A stretch of 64,000 nucleotides of DNA from a virus. The stretch lies in IMG/VR virus record IMGVR_UViG_3300023174_000056, positions 104,145 through 168,144 of that record. The stretch is one strand, 5' to 3'. A model generated the notes under the pieces. The model had not been told where the DNA came from. It worked only from the letters and a program-made list of their open reading frames with translations, and searched no databases. Every line of letters begins with the position of its first letter. Positions within the stretch are counted from its first letter, which is position 1. The position numbers and the translations under genes were made by a program. Shown piece by piece: positions 32,228 to 42,589 of the stretch.

Positions 32228-32809
32228 TTATTTAATCGCCTCTAATATTAAATCGCAAATTTGTTCTCTTGTTTCTAAATTTTTTAATTCTTCAAATTCG
32301 CTAATATTTTTATCTTTGAATGATATCACTTTAAAGCCTATATCTTTTAGTTTTTTTGTTATATCTTCTTTTGAATAGATAAATTTATGTCCGTCATTAG
32401 TGCTTGTTATATTGCTTAGGAACTTAATACTCTGTGATGTGCTGCTTTCGCCAAAGAAAGCAAAATTTAAGAACTGATCTTTTGATTTAAATCTTGAGAG
32501 ATAAAGATGATTGTTCTTTTTTACATCCCAATTGTAATAAGTATTTAGAATTTCATCAAGATATGGCATTGAAATTCTTAAAACACCCCCAACGCATAAT
32601 TTATCGTAAAGATGTTTTAATAGATTAAAGCCGTCTACTTCGTCTAGATGCTCAAAAAAATGTTCAGAGAAAAAGAAAGATATAGAGTTATTTTCAAATG
32701 GCAGTGGCTTTCTTAAATCATGTTTGAAAATACCGGGAGAATCAATGTCATCAATATTTATCCAGCCTTGATATATGTTTTTGCCACATCCTAAGTTTAT
32801 CTTTAACAT
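32228..32809 (-). CDS. class I SAM-dependent methyltransferase
   Basis: 'INLGCG', 'DLRKPLPF', 'SEHFFEHL', 'GGVLRISMP'. Confidence 0.85.
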   Translation of the reverse strand: MLKINLGCGKNIYQGWINIDDIDSPGIFKHDLRKPLPFENNSISFFFSEHFFEHLDEVDGFNLLKHLYDKLCVGGVLRISMPYLDEILNTYYNWDVKKNNHLYLSRFKSKDQFLNFAFFGESSTSQSIKFLSNITSTNDGHKFIYSKEDITKKLKDIGFKVISFKDKNISEFEELKNLETREQICDLILEAIK

Positions 32810-33421
32810 TTATTTTTTCCTTACTGCTGGACTCCCGACGTATAAACCGCTTTCTATAATATTTTTCGTTATAACGGAATTAGCGCCAATTACGCTCTTT
32901 GCGGATACTCTAATTTTTGGTATGGTAAGTGATGATGTACCAAAGAATACTTCTTCTTCAAGGATAGTGTGTCCAGAGAGAGACACGTTGGGGGATAAAA
33001 CTACTCCGTCTTCTAGAACTGAATCGTGACCAATTGTGCAGCTTATGTTTACTACACATAACTTTCCAACTTTAATATCACAAGTTAAAATACTTTTAGG
33101 GCAAATAATAGATCCACGATCTATGTTTACTGTTTCACCAACATAAGAATCTACAATCAATGGATCGGCTAGGATTAGCCCTTTTTCAGACAACGTATTT
33201 AAAAATTTTTTATTAACGCTAGGGTTTCCCGTACCGGCTATATAACTTTGCTGCCTATAGCCAGGGATATCATCTAGTTTATTATAAACTGGTAAAGAAC
33301 GTAAAGTGTTGGTTTGAGAAAACTCATCAAAAAAACCCACTACTTTAATATTAGAATACTTGTGATATTCATATATCTCTCTAGCAAAATCACCAGCACC
33401 CATTATAACTGTGCCGATCAT
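32810..33421 (-). CDS. sugar acetyltransferase, NeuD/PglD hexapeptide family
   Basis: 'GAGDFAREI', hexapeptide repeats, 'IGHD', 'VGSPA'. Confidence 0.88.
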   Translation of the reverse strand: MIGTVIMGAGDFAREIYEYHKYSNIKVVGFFDEFSQTNTLRSLPVYNKLDDIPGYRQQSYIAGTGNPSVNKKFLNTLSEKGLILADPLIVDSYVGETVNIDRGSIICPKSILTCDIKVGKLCVVNISCTIGHDSVLEDGVVLSPNVSLSGHTILEEEVFFGTSSLTIPKIRVSAKSVIGANSVITKNIIESGLYVGSPAVRKK

Positions 33422-34461
33422 TTAGATCCTCCAGCGGCTATCTTAACGCTTGCTTGCAGAACATCTATTTCATATTCTGAAAGCTCGGCATGTAATGGTA
33501 GATTTATTATATGCTCGTATAATTTAAGAGAATTGGGATCTTCTTTTAGAGGATAATAGTATTTATTTGCCTCTATGCCAAGATCTCTAAATGATAGATG
33601 AGAAACTGGTTTATTAAATAATATTGGTAAATTACCGTAGACAACTGATTCACTATAGTTAAATATCTTTAAGTTCTCTTGCTTCTCAATAAATTTGAGA
33701 AAACTATCCTGTATCTTAATATGATTAGCTATATCGTATGATTCAATATGTTGTAATATAAAGGCCGCTGAAACGTCCGACATTTTAAAATTTGAGCTAA
33801 ATTTATTATATCTTCGTTTTACTTCAGTTGGGTTAAAACCAAAGCATAGAATATTATTGATCTCATCGTAATACTTTGAATCAATTACAATAAACCCACC
33901 CTCACCAAAACCTAAATATTTTGTATGGTGCAAAGAGCCAAATGCAGCATCTCCGAAGGCACAAATATTTTTTCCATTTATAGTAGTTAGCGGGGAAGAT
34001 GCGTTATCAAATATTAGTATTTTATTTTCATCTTTGCATCTTTTAACCCACTCCATAAAGTTATTTGGATATGTACCAAATAAATTAGTTATTATAAAAC
34101 CATCGTACTTGCTCAAGTTTTCATCTGTAAGCGGCATAGAATATGTTTCATCTATGTCAAGAATATCTGATTCAAAATTGCCAACTACGGAAGATGGAAA
34201 GGTAAACGATGGCGTAACCCACTTAAGCTCCTTCTTGCTAATTTTGTTATAAAATAGCATAAGTGCATGTAGAGCCAAAGTTCCATTCCCAACGCAAATT
34301 ACTCTCTTATCAGAATCTAAATTAAATAACTTTTCTAATTTCTTTTCTAATAAAAATTTACAAGGACCACGATTAGTCATTTGATTAGAAGAAATACTTT
34401 GGTTTAGTAGATCTTCAACTTTTTTAAAGTTTACTTTCTTTTGCTGAACGAATTTTATCAT
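33418..34461 (-). CDS. DegT/DnrJ/EryC1/StrS PLP sugar aminotransferase
   Basis: 'NGTLAL', 'PSFTF', 'SLHHTKYLGFGEGG' (PLP Lys), 'LPLH'. Confidence 0.9.
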   Translation of the reverse strand: MIKFVQQKKVNFKKVEDLLNQSISSNQMTNRGPCKFLLEKKLEKLFNLDSDKRVICVGNGTLALHALMLFYNKISKKELKWVTPSFTFPSSVVGNFESDILDIDETYSMPLTDENLSKYDGFIITNLFGTYPNNFMEWVKRCKDENKILIFDNASSPLTTINGKNICAFGDAAFGSLHHTKYLGFGEGGFIVIDSKYYDEINNILCFGFNPTEVKRRYNKFSSNFKMSDVSAAFILQHIESYDIANHIKIQDSFLKFIEKQENLKIFNYSESVVYGNLPILFNKPVSHLSFRDLGIEANKYYYPLKEDPNSLKLYEHIINLPLHAELSEYEIDVLQASVKIAAGGSK

Positions 34462-34473
34462 AATAATTTCCTG

Positions 34474-35154
34474 CTAATTTAAACTAGTATCTTTCGGAGT
34501 AGGAAAATTTATATCACTTCTACTAATTCCTTGAACTTCTGGTCTTCTATCTTTTGCTATTTCAAACAAAGTTCTACGGCTGCCAACACAATGTACAATA
34601 CCAATTTTATCAGATAAGGCCGCTTCTAATACTTTAGGAGCTATAATATCGACATAATCTTTTGAAGACCACTGATCAATAAAAGCTTTTTCATAAGGGA
34701 AAGTATGACCAAAAAAAGAAGTTCTAATAATTAAAGCATTATTATACATCCTTGCCGCTAGTTCGGCTGCACCTTTACTCTTGGCATAATTTGTTATTGG
34801 ATTTATAGGATCAGCTATAGAATAGCTACCTTTTTCACCATCAAAAACATGATCTGTTGATATATGTACTAATTTTATATTTTGTTCTTCACAGCAAGCA
34901 ACAATATTGCATGTCCCAATTATATTTACATTTATAGCAGGAATTGCATTTCCTTCAGTTTTTTTTACATCAGTGATGGCCGCAGAGTGAATTACTAAAT
35001 CTGGTTTATGAGATCTAAAATACTCTCTCAAACAAACAAAATCTACTATATCTAATTGTTTTGAATTTGGAGATAAAATTTCGTGTTTATCATTTATTAG
35101 TCTGATTAGCTCTTTACCTAAAGTGCCACCACCGCCAGTAATTAAAATTTTCAT
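34474..35154 (-). CDS. rmlD: dTDP-4-dehydrorhamnose reductase (short form)
   Basis: 'ILITGGGGTLG', 'HSAAITDV', 'HISTDHVFDG', YxxxK (YAKSK). Confidence 0.82.
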   Translation of the reverse strand: MKILITGGGGTLGKELIRLINDKHEILSPNSKQLDIVDFVCLREYFRSHKPDLVIHSAAITDVKKTEGNAIPAINVNIIGTCNIVACCEEQNIKLVHISTDHVFDGEKGSYSIADPINPITNYAKSKGAAELAARMYNNALIIRTSFFGHTFPYEKAFIDQWSSKDYVDIIAPKVLEAALSDKIGIVHCVGSRRTLFEIAKDRRPEVQGISRSDINFPTPKDTSLN

Positions 35155-35156
35155 AT

Positions 35157-35816
35157 TTATTCTAACCTTGAGTAATAACTTCCTACTTCAAATTTCATAC
35201 CTGTATTTATTGATGAATAAGAATTTGGCTTAAATTGTTCTTCTGGGATTACTCTAAAATCTATCGATACTCTTGTTTTATCAGTTTCATTCATCTTATT
35301 GCCGTGCTTGAGTAGACCTCCTCTAAAAACTAATACTTGTCCATATTTAAGATTAACCGGCTTATAATCACCTAAGTTAGGTACACTCTCGACCCAAATA
35401 GTTGATGTTTCTTCTGCGTCTGTAAACGGAACCAAAAAATTAATTTCTTCTAAAGGGTGGTTGTAGTCGCTATCTTTATGAAACTCTCCAACACCAACGT
35501 TATTAGGCATATGTACTCTAAATGTTGGTTTTGTTTGATTAACAACCTTTGACTCTAAAACATCAGTACAAAATTCTTTAATAAAGCTTTCATATACTTC
35601 TTTAAACCCGCAATTATTGTAGTTTTCATAAAAAGCTTTATGAAACGCTGTACTTTGATCTTTATTTCTTTCTAATAAATAATAGTCAAATTTTTTATGT
35701 AAATTTTCTAAATCATCATCATTCAAACTTTTACAAATTGTTTTTCTAAAATCGTATTTTGATGTATCGTAAGAAAATACATTAACTAATTTTAAATTTT
35801 TGTAACCCTTGAGCAT
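35157..35816 (-). CDS. StrG-like 2OG-Fe(II) oxygenase-fold protein
   Basis: 'PTFRVH', HxD (HKD), 'INFLVP', distal His (HGN), 'RVSIDFR'. Confidence 0.65.
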   Translation of the reverse strand: MLKGYKNLKLVNVFSYDTSKYDFRKTICKSLNDDDLENLHKKFDYYLLERNKDQSTAFHKAFYENYNNCGFKEVYESFIKEFCTDVLESKVVNQTKPTFRVHMPNNVGVGEFHKDSDYNHPLEEINFLVPFTDAEETSTIWVESVPNLGDYKPVNLKYGQVLVFRGGLLKHGNKMNETDKTRVSIDFRVIPEEQFKPNSYSSINTGMKFEVGSYYSRLE

Positions 35817-36681
35817 ATTTTGGACTCCATCCAGTTATAGATTTTATTTTTTCGCTAGAAACTGCATATCTTATGTCCTGCCCCCAGCGATTCTCAACAA
35901 ATTTTATGCCATCTTCATTTTTATTATACCAAGATAAAATTTCTTTTGCTACGTTTAAATTGGTTAAATAATTTTCTGCTGCGACGTTAAATATGTCATT
36001 TTTAATACCTTTTTCTATTAAAAGGATTAAAGCTTCAACGTTATCTTTAACGTAAGTCCAGTCTCTTACGTAGCTTCCATCACCATGTATCGGTATTTGT
36101 TTATTTTCTTTTATACATTGTATACATTTTGGAATTAATTTTTCTTCAAACTGTCTCTCACCGTAGTTATTGCTGCTTCTTGTAATTAAATAATCAATAC
36201 CGTAAGTTCTATGGTATGAGAGAACTAGCATTTCCGCCGCTGCCTTTGTTGCAGAGTATGGATTACTTGGTTTTAATTTATCTTCCTCTGTGAATTTACC
36301 ATTATTTCTGTCGCCATAAACTTCGTCTGTACTTATATGAAAAAACAATGGCCGATCATAGGATGGTTTTCCTCTAATCAGCTCCAGAAGGTTATGAACT
36401 CCCAAAATATTACTTTTTACAAACACATCGGAACTTTTTATTGAATTATCGACATGGCTCTCAGCTGCAAAATTTACAATCACATCACACGAAGGAAGAT
36501 GATCAATTTCACTTATATCGGCTTTAATAAATGTGTAATTTTTATCATTATCCCAAGGTAAGCTTTTGCTTGAAGCGTAAGTTAGTTTATCTATGTCAAT
36601 AATAGACCAACCTTTTTTAAGAGTTTCCTCAACAAAATGACTGCCTATAAAACCTCTACCACCAGTAACTAAAATTTTCAT
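35782..36681 (-). CDS. rmlB: dTDP-glucose 4,6-dehydratase
   Basis: 'VTGGRGFIGS', 'FAAESHVD', 'HISTDEVYG', 'NPYSATKA', 'RDWTYV'. Confidence 0.93.
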   Translation of the reverse strand: MKILVTGGRGFIGSHFVEETLKKGWSIIDIDKLTYASSKSLPWDNDKNYTFIKADISEIDHLPSCDVIVNFAAESHVDNSIKSSDVFVKSNILGVHNLLELIRGKPSYDRPLFFHISTDEVYGDRNNGKFTEEDKLKPSNPYSATKAAAEMLVLSYHRTYGIDYLITRSSNNYGERQFEEKLIPKCIQCIKENKQIPIHGDGSYVRDWTYVKDNVEALILLIEKGIKNDIFNVAAENYLTNLNVAKEILSWYNKNEDGIKFVENRWGQDIRYAVSSEKIKSITGWSPKYAQGLQKFKIS

Positions 36682-36690
36682 TTTTTCACC

Positions 36691-37221
36691 TTAAAATTTT
36701 GTATCTAAACAATATTGATCAAAAGATTTTGAATTTCTATCTTTATCCGACAAAATTGCAGATAGTATATCAATCTTCCAATCAATGTTTAAATATTTAT
36801 CAAGAGGATTAATGCCGGATTCCCCATCTTTATTATATTTGCAAGAGCATTTATACTGAACATGCGCAGTATCCGTTAAAGCTACAAATCCATGAGCAAA
36901 CCCTGCTGGCACAAACAACTGGTTGCATTCCTCAGAATCGAGTTCATAGGAATATGCTTGACCAAATTTTTTAGAATTTCTTCTTATGTCTACAACTACA
37001 TCTAAAATTTTTCCATAAGAAACTCTTACTAATTTTGCCATTGGCTCATCCCATTGGTAATGAAGCCCACGTATTACATTTTTATGCGATATTGAATGAT
37101 TATCTTGAACAAAATCAACATCTATATTATATTCTTTTTTCAAAAATTCTTTTTTGTAGCTTTCATAAAAAACGCCACGGTCGTCAGAAAATTTTTTAAT
37201 CTTTATTAGTATCGGTTCCAT
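36691..37221 (-). CDS. rmlC: dTDP-4-dehydrorhamnose 3,5-epimerase
   Basis: 'DDRGVF', 'VQDNHS', 'RGLHYQ', 'DVVVDIR', 'GFAHGF', 'LSDKD'. Confidence 0.95.
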   Translation of the reverse strand: MEPILIKIKKFSDDRGVFYESYKKEFLKKEYNIDVDFVQDNHSISHKNVIRGLHYQWDEPMAKLVRVSYGKILDVVVDIRRNSKKFGQAYSYELDSEECNQLFVPAGFAHGFVALTDTAHVQYKCSCKYNKDGESGINPLDKYLNIDWKIDILSAILSDKDRNSKSFDQYCLDTKF

Positions 37222-37224
37222 AAT

Positions 37225-38259
37225 TTATCCAAATTTTTGTATATATTTTGTATAATTTACATAATTCCAAATCTTAGCAAAAAGAATATGGTCAGACCTA
37301 AATTGATTATCAATTTTATTTTCATTTGTTGAAACTGACTCATCGTGGTACAGATAGCAATCTTTGCCAAAATAAAACACTTTTTTGTCTTGCGATACAG
37401 CCATTAAACAAATATCAACATCTTGAAATATCTTTGACATGCTTGGATTTAGACCGCCGCAATCTATAAACCATTTTAAATTTATAATCTGAAAGGCACC
37501 AGTAACAAATTGCTCTAATTTATCAGAAGATACTAAATAATAGTCTTTTTCTTTAAACCTACAAAAATGATTTGGAAAATAGCTTTTTAATTGAGGATTA
37601 AAAGTAAAAACAGAGCCTCCAAATTGGATCGTACCTCTATAAGAGTCTTTTTTACCTGGAAAGGCGGACATAATATTCTCCGACACATCTTTATTATTCC
37701 AAGAAAACGTGGGATATAAAAGCTTTGTACCAGATATTGTAGAGTCATTTTCCTTATGAAGTTTTAGCAGTTTTGGAACCATATGCTCGTCTGGAACCCA
37801 CAAATCGCTATTCCATAAAATTATTTCTTCAACCCCTGCATCATAAGCGATCTTAGCCGCTATGTTGTTTATGGAAGAAAAGTTAAAACTTCTTTCATAA
37901 TCAATTCTTAAATAATTTACTGGGAAACCACTACAGATTTTTTTAATATCATTCGTAGATCTATCATCTACTATTATAAAATCAATATAATCAAATACCT
38001 TAAAATTTAAAAGATTATTAAGAGTAAATAATAAAAGTTCTGTATTATCTTTAATGGGTAAAATACCTACTGGTTTCCCAGTAGTAAATTTTATTTTCTC
38101 TTCGTATCTACATTTATATTCTATTTTTTTAATATCAAAAATAGAATTATCTAATGCAAAATTTTTTGATATAACTTCGTCTTGAATAAAAGAAAAATTT
38201 GTCTTTTCTTTTATTGTTTGATCAAATAAAGAACATTTATAATATGATTGTTGTCTCAT
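37225..38259 (-). CDS. glycosyltransferase family 2
   Basis: 'IVDDRS', 'FNFSSINN', 'NSD', 'VTGA', 'QDVDIC', 'HDES'. Confidence 0.82.
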   Translation of the reverse strand: MRQQSYYKCSLFDQTIKEKTNFSFIQDEVISKNFALDNSIFDIKKIEYKCRYEEKIKFTTGKPVGILPIKDNTELLLFTLNNLLNFKVFDYIDFIIVDDRSTNDIKKICSGFPVNYLRIDYERSFNFSSINNIAAKIAYDAGVEEIILWNSDLWVPDEHMVPKLLKLHKENDSTISGTKLLYPTFSWNNKDVSENIMSAFPGKKDSYRGTIQFGGSVFTFNPQLKSYFPNHFCRFKEKDYYLVSSDKLEQFVTGAFQIINLKWFIDCGGLNPSMSKIFQDVDICLMAVSQDKKVFYFGKDCYLYHDESVSTNENKIDNQFRSDHILFAKIWNYVNYTKYIQKFG

Positions 38260-39448
38260 CTTTAACTTCCAATGTATTTATAAATTTAGCATACATGTTC
38301 TCTTCTGTAAACTCTTGACGAATCCATTTACTTAATTTCTTTGCCCAACTCTTAAAACGTGGATAATCTTTGTATACTTCTCTCATCTTATTTTTTAAAG
38401 AAGAGTGTGTTGGATATGCCCAGCTTGTTCCTGCCTCAAGAACACCCTGCCAAGTATGTTCTTGAGCAATAGGTTTTAATTCATAATCAACTTTGGCAAA
38501 CATCTTTTTTTCATCGCCATTTTCGTCTTTCATGACCAGAAAGTCTAAATGTCCACTCCAATCTGTTGCAATCACTGGGAGTTCATTATAGCTTGCTTCA
38601 AATAATGGGAACCCAAAACCCTCTCCGTGAGTAGAAGAAACAATTGCTTTAATTTTTGGGTGCTTATAAAGCGAATTAATTTCTTGTTCGCTCATGTGAC
38701 CATGCAATAAATAAACAGAACATTTAGTGTTATCATCTTTTGCAATAAGATGCTTTAATCTTTCCTCTGTAAACTCCTTGTCAAGTAATGAATCATTGGA
38801 CGTGTTAATTTTTAACACTAATCCGACCTCTTCATTTTTAAATTCTTCCATGAAAGCTTTAACTGCTTGTTCTAAATTTTTTCTTGGACCCCATTGACAG
38901 ACTGCCAAAAAATTAAAATCATGTTTTAAACTAAGCGGTACATCAGTTGTTTCATAAGAGCGTACTGGAAAGTGACAAACATCTACTGGTCTTGCAACTT
39001 TATATGAATTTCCATTACCATCCGAGAATACGGAATTTAAAAAACCAGATTTTGCATGTTCGCTAATTACAATAATTTTATCCATTTGTTGCGATGGTTG
39101 AAACCATGCTGGTGAAATTAAGTTTGTTTCAATTCCTGCTGTGTAGCCAATATTATAAGCAGCAATTTTTTTCCATTCATTTGGAATTGTTACTTGAATT
39201 GAAATATCAAAATTTGGTTGATTTTTTGTCTGTTGAAGATATAGTTGTGTTTTTACTGCTAAAGTATCGATATTTTTCTTTTCTTCATTTACTTCAAACA
39301 AATTTCCAGTATTCCCCCAGCTCGAAGGTAATAGATAAATGTCGAATAAATCTTGTTTTTGCAAAAGCGCTCGTAAAGCAAAACGAGCCATTTCGCCATA
39401 TCCACTTCGACTTAAAATTGGACCACTAATAACGATTTTCTTTTTCAT
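38237..39448 (-). CDS. glycosyltransferase family 4 (GT-B)
   Basis: 'SGYG', 'RKN', 'HGEGFGFPLFEA', 'PVIATDWSGHLDF'. Confidence 0.88.
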   Translation of the reverse strand: MKKKIVISGPILSRSGYGEMARFALRALLQKQDLFDIYLLPSSWGNTGNLFEVNEEKKNIDTLAVKTQLYLQQTKNQPNFDISIQVTIPNEWKKIAAYNIGYTAGIETNLISPAWFQPSQQMDKIIVISEHAKSGFLNSVFSDGNGNSYKVARPVDVCHFPVRSYETTDVPLSLKHDFNFLAVCQWGPRKNLEQAVKAFMEEFKNEEVGLVLKINTSNDSLLDKEFTEERLKHLIAKDDNTKCSVYLLHGHMSEQEINSLYKHPKIKAIVSSTHGEGFGFPLFEASYNELPVIATDWSGHLDFLVMKDENGDEKKMFAKVDYELKPIAQEHTWQGVLEAGTSWAYPTHSSLKNKMREVYKDYPRFKSWAKKLSKWIRQEFTEENMYAKFINTLEVKDETTIIL

Positions 39449-39449
39449 C

Positions 39450-40694
39450 TTATATTTCCTTTAATGACCATGATTGGTAATTTTTACGTGTTTCCCAAGA
39501 ACCATTTTTTTCATGAACTTCTTTTAGGATTCTATCCCAGCTCTTTCCATATTGTTCAAAATTAAAATTCTTTTGAACATGCTCAACGGCTTTTTTACCA
39601 ATAGTCTTTCTTTCTTCTCTGGTCATGTTGTGAATCTTTACCATAGCTTCTACAACATCGTCGCCAGATACACGATCCTCATAAATATATGGAACATCCT
39701 GTGAACCGATTACTGCTTTTGAAGCCGGGTCGATCACTACTCCAAAATGGGTTCCATCTTCACCAATTGCTTGATCTTGCATACCACCAGTTTTATTTAC
39801 AATAACTGGGGTTCCACAGGACAATGATTCCAGAACAGAAAGACCAAATCCTTCGGCATCAGATAAATTGATAGTGCAGTCAGCTGCGTTATAAAATTGC
39901 GCCATGACAGTTGGAGGCACTTTGCCATTTGAAATAGCAAAATTCTCTCTAGTCAATCCACACTCTCTTGCAATCACTTCTAGATCTTGTCCGTGCGGAT
40001 CTTTTGGATCAGTGTGCATCATTAAAAATGCTTTGTCGTGTCCAACACGGTCTAGAAATTGTTTATACCACCAAATAACTGAACCGCTCATCTTGCGGCG
40101 GGCGTTTCGATTTGTCCAGAAGAAAAAAGTTCTATCTTTTTGAACAAAATTGGCATAATCTTTTTCTGGTAGTTGCTTAAACCATTCTGGGTTTACTGCG
40201 TGTGGTAAATACTCTTCATCTACTTCTGGCGCTACTGTTTTAACGATGTCGCTAGTTAACTTACTAATCGTAACAATTTTATCATTTGATACATAAAACT
40301 TCTTATTAAATTTTGGATATGGATAGTTATCCCAAACATGGTAATACACCATCGGTACATTTGGTCTAATTTCTTGAGCAAAGCTCCATAACCAAACCCA
40401 AAAACGTGGATCTGTCATAAACCAAAGAATATCTGGTTTGAAGTCTCTCAGATACGCTCTAATTTGATCTTGATTACCATAGCCATCAACAGGTATAATG
40501 ATTAGATCGTCTCCCCATTCTTGGGTTTTGACTGGTCTATAATCTTGGTGTTTAATTGCTCCACCTAAACACAAAAACTGATAATCTCCAGTTTTTAATA
40601 AACTTTCAATCATATATTTAGTTTGAGTTCCAACACCGCTTGGACTAAACGGATGGTCGCTCAAAACAAGAACTTTTAATTTTTTATCTGACAT
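39450..40694 (-). CDS. glycosyltransferase family 4 (GT-B)
   Basis: 'SGVG', 'NRNARRK', 'EGFGLSVLESLSCGTPVI...GGM'. Confidence 0.88.
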   Translation of the reverse strand: MSDKKLKVLVLSDHPFSPSGVGTQTKYMIESLLKTGDYQFLCLGGAIKHQDYRPVKTQEWGDDLIIIPVDGYGNQDQIRAYLRDFKPDILWFMTDPRFWVWLWSFAQEIRPNVPMVYYHVWDNYPYPKFNKKFYVSNDKIVTISKLTSDIVKTVAPEVDEEYLPHAVNPEWFKQLPEKDYANFVQKDRTFFFWTNRNARRKMSGSVIWWYKQFLDRVGHDKAFLMMHTDPKDPHGQDLEVIARECGLTRENFAISNGKVPPTVMAQFYNAADCTINLSDAEGFGLSVLESLSCGTPVIVNKTGGMQDQAIGEDGTHFGVVIDPASKAVIGSQDVPYIYEDRVSGDDVVEAMVKIHNMTREERKTIGKKAVEHVQKNFNFEQYGKSWDRILKEVHEKNGSWETRKNYQSWSLKEI

Positions 40695-41664
40695 TTTGTT
40701 TTTCCTTTTCTAAATCAGAATTATACATAATTTTTGCTAATTCTTTCAGATCAATTTTTGGACTCCATCCAAGTACATTTTTAGCCTTTTCAGCATTTGC
40801 TTGTAATAAGGGTACTTCGCTTGGACGCTTAAAACTATCGTCTATGATTACGTAATCCATTATATTATAACCAGCAATTTCAGAAACGCAAGTTATAAAA
40901 TCACTAATTGTGTAAGTTTGACCTGTTCCAATAACATAATCATCTGGTGTATGGTGTTGCATCATCATCCACATAACTTCAACATACTCTTTTGCATAGC
41001 CCCAATCACGTTTTGCATCTAAGTTTCCTAGACGCAGCTCTTTTTGAAGGCCCAATCTAATTCTTGCAGCGGCTTTAGTGATTTTTCTTGTGACAAACTG
41101 CTCTCCACGACGTTCACTTTCATGATTAAAAAGTATTCCAGAACAAGTAAAAAGACCATAAGCTTTACGGTAGTTAACAACAAGATTATGTGCTGCAACT
41201 TTGGCGCAAGCATATGGAGAAACTGGCGAAAATATTGTTTGTTCGTTCTGTGGAGCGCTTTTATTATCTCCAAACATTTCAGATGTTGAAGCTTGATAAA
41301 ATTTAGTTTCTGGATTTACTACTCTTATGGCTTCAAGACAATTAAGAACACCCGTTGCATTAATTTGAAAAGTACTTTCTGGACTTGTGAACGAAGCACC
41401 GACATGAGACTGTGCTGCTAAATTATAGAATTCGTCTGGTTTGTGATTTTTTACTGTTCTCCAGATCGATGAGGAATCAGTTAAATCACCATTTTCTAAA
41501 ATTAAATTTTTATTTTCTAGCAAATGTTGTATATTGTGAAATTTTTTATCTTCAAGAGATATTCTTCTAGTAAGTCCAACTACTTTATAATCTTTTTTTA
41601 AGAGATGCTCGGCTAAAAAACTTCCATCTTGTCCAGTAATACCAGTTATTACAGCGGTTTTCAT
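40684..41664 (-). CDS. gmd: GDP-mannose 4,6-dehydratase
   Basis: 'ITGITGQDGSFLA', 'YNLAAQSHV', 'YQASTSE', 'GILFNHES', 'LGNLDAKRDWG'. Confidence 0.96.
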   Translation of the reverse strand: MKTAVITGITGQDGSFLAEHLLKKDYKVVGLTRRISLEDKKFHNIQHLLENKNLILENGDLTDSSSIWRTVKNHKPDEFYNLAAQSHVGASFTSPESTFQINATGVLNCLEAIRVVNPETKFYQASTSEMFGDNKSAPQNEQTIFSPVSPYACAKVAAHNLVVNYRKAYGLFTCSGILFNHESERRGEQFVTRKITKAAARIRLGLQKELRLGNLDAKRDWGYAKEYVEVMWMMMQHHTPDDYVIGTGQTYTISDFITCVSEIAGYNIMDYVIIDDSFKRPSEVPLLQANAEKAKNVLGWSPKIDLKELAKIMYNSDLEKEKQNVR

Positions 41665-41819
41665 TCAGTCTCCCTAGAACTTATGAATACTTTTTTCATA
41701 AAGTATTTTTGACTTAGATAATTTATCAAATCATTAATTTGATTTTCACAAGAAATGATCTCAAGATGAAGGTCACAGTCCTTATCATCCAGAATTATTG
41801 ATACTATTCGTTTTTTCAT
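41661..41819 (-). CDS. hypothetical protein (52 aa, below ORF-track cutoff)
   Basis: MKKRIVSIILDD...SSRETE; ATGA overlaps with both neighbours. Confidence 0.6.
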   Translation of the reverse strand: MKKRIVSIILDDKDCDLHLEIISCENQINDLINYLSQKYFMKKVFISSRETE

Positions 41820-42589
41820 GGGCAATGCTCTGTTTTCTTAAATTCACAATAAGTGCAGCTCATGCGATTTTTTGGAAAGTTCTTTTTTTCAATATTATAA
41901 ATTGCCTTTTTTAATAAGTTAAATGCATTTTGTGTTTTTCTTGGACCACTTGTTACACGAAAAATTTCAACATGATCTTTTTTTGCTGTTCTTTTCAATA
42001 GAGCAAAATAAGTTTCAATGTTTTTTGGATCAATCCCGTGTTTTTGTGAATAAAAATGCTTATAAAATGTTAACTGATAAGTTACCATTGGATCACTTTT
42101 TTTCTTTTGATCCCATCCCCAAGCACAGCTTTTCCAGTCGATGATATGTATCATACCGTCTTCTGTTTGAATAATTAAATCGATGAAGCCTTTAAAAGAA
42201 GTTTGGCATTCCGGAATTTCTCTAATCGTTTCATAGATATCTTCTTCGGCGGCAAGAACTTTAAAAGTTCCAAATTGTTTTTGTAAGGCTGGTACAATTT
42301 TAGGTGCAAGCATCTCTCCTTGCAAGTACATTTCAGAAATTAATTTTTCATCAACTTTAGAATTATTCTCTCTAAGCAGCTTTACTTCGCTATCAAATTT
42401 ATTTCTAAACGCTTCTACTTCATTTATGCTTGTGTCTTGAACTTTTAACTCAGCAGCTTCGTGAAGTGCAGTACCAAATGAAGTATATTCAGTGGAATTA
42501 AATTGCTTAATTCTATCTTCATAGGATAGTTTATACTTAAATGGACACTCTTGAAATGTTTTTAACGCAGAAAAAGAAATATGTGACAT
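41816..42589 (-). CDS. Cas4-like PD-(D/E)XK exonuclease
   Basis: 'FQECP', 'GTALH', 'GFIDL', 'IIDWKS', 'QL.FY', C-terminal CxxC...C (Fe-S ligands). Confidence 0.85.
   Translation of the reverse strand: MSHISFSALKTFQECPFKYKLSYEDRIKQFNSTEYTSFGTALHEAAELKVQDTSINEVEAFRNKFDSEVKLLRENNSKVDEKLISEMYLQGEMLAPKIVPALQKQFGTFKVLAAEEDIYETIREIPECQTSFKGFIDLIIQTEDGMIHIIDWKSCAWGWDQKKKSDPMVTYQLTFYKHFYSQKHGIDPKNIETYFALLKRTAKKDHVEIFRVTSGPRKTQNAFNLLKKAIYNIEKKNFPKNRMSCTYCEFKKTEHCP

Noticed and set aside
41816-42589. CRISPR-Cas locus
   Set aside because: Cas4-like gene only; no repeat-spacer array or other cas genes seen.
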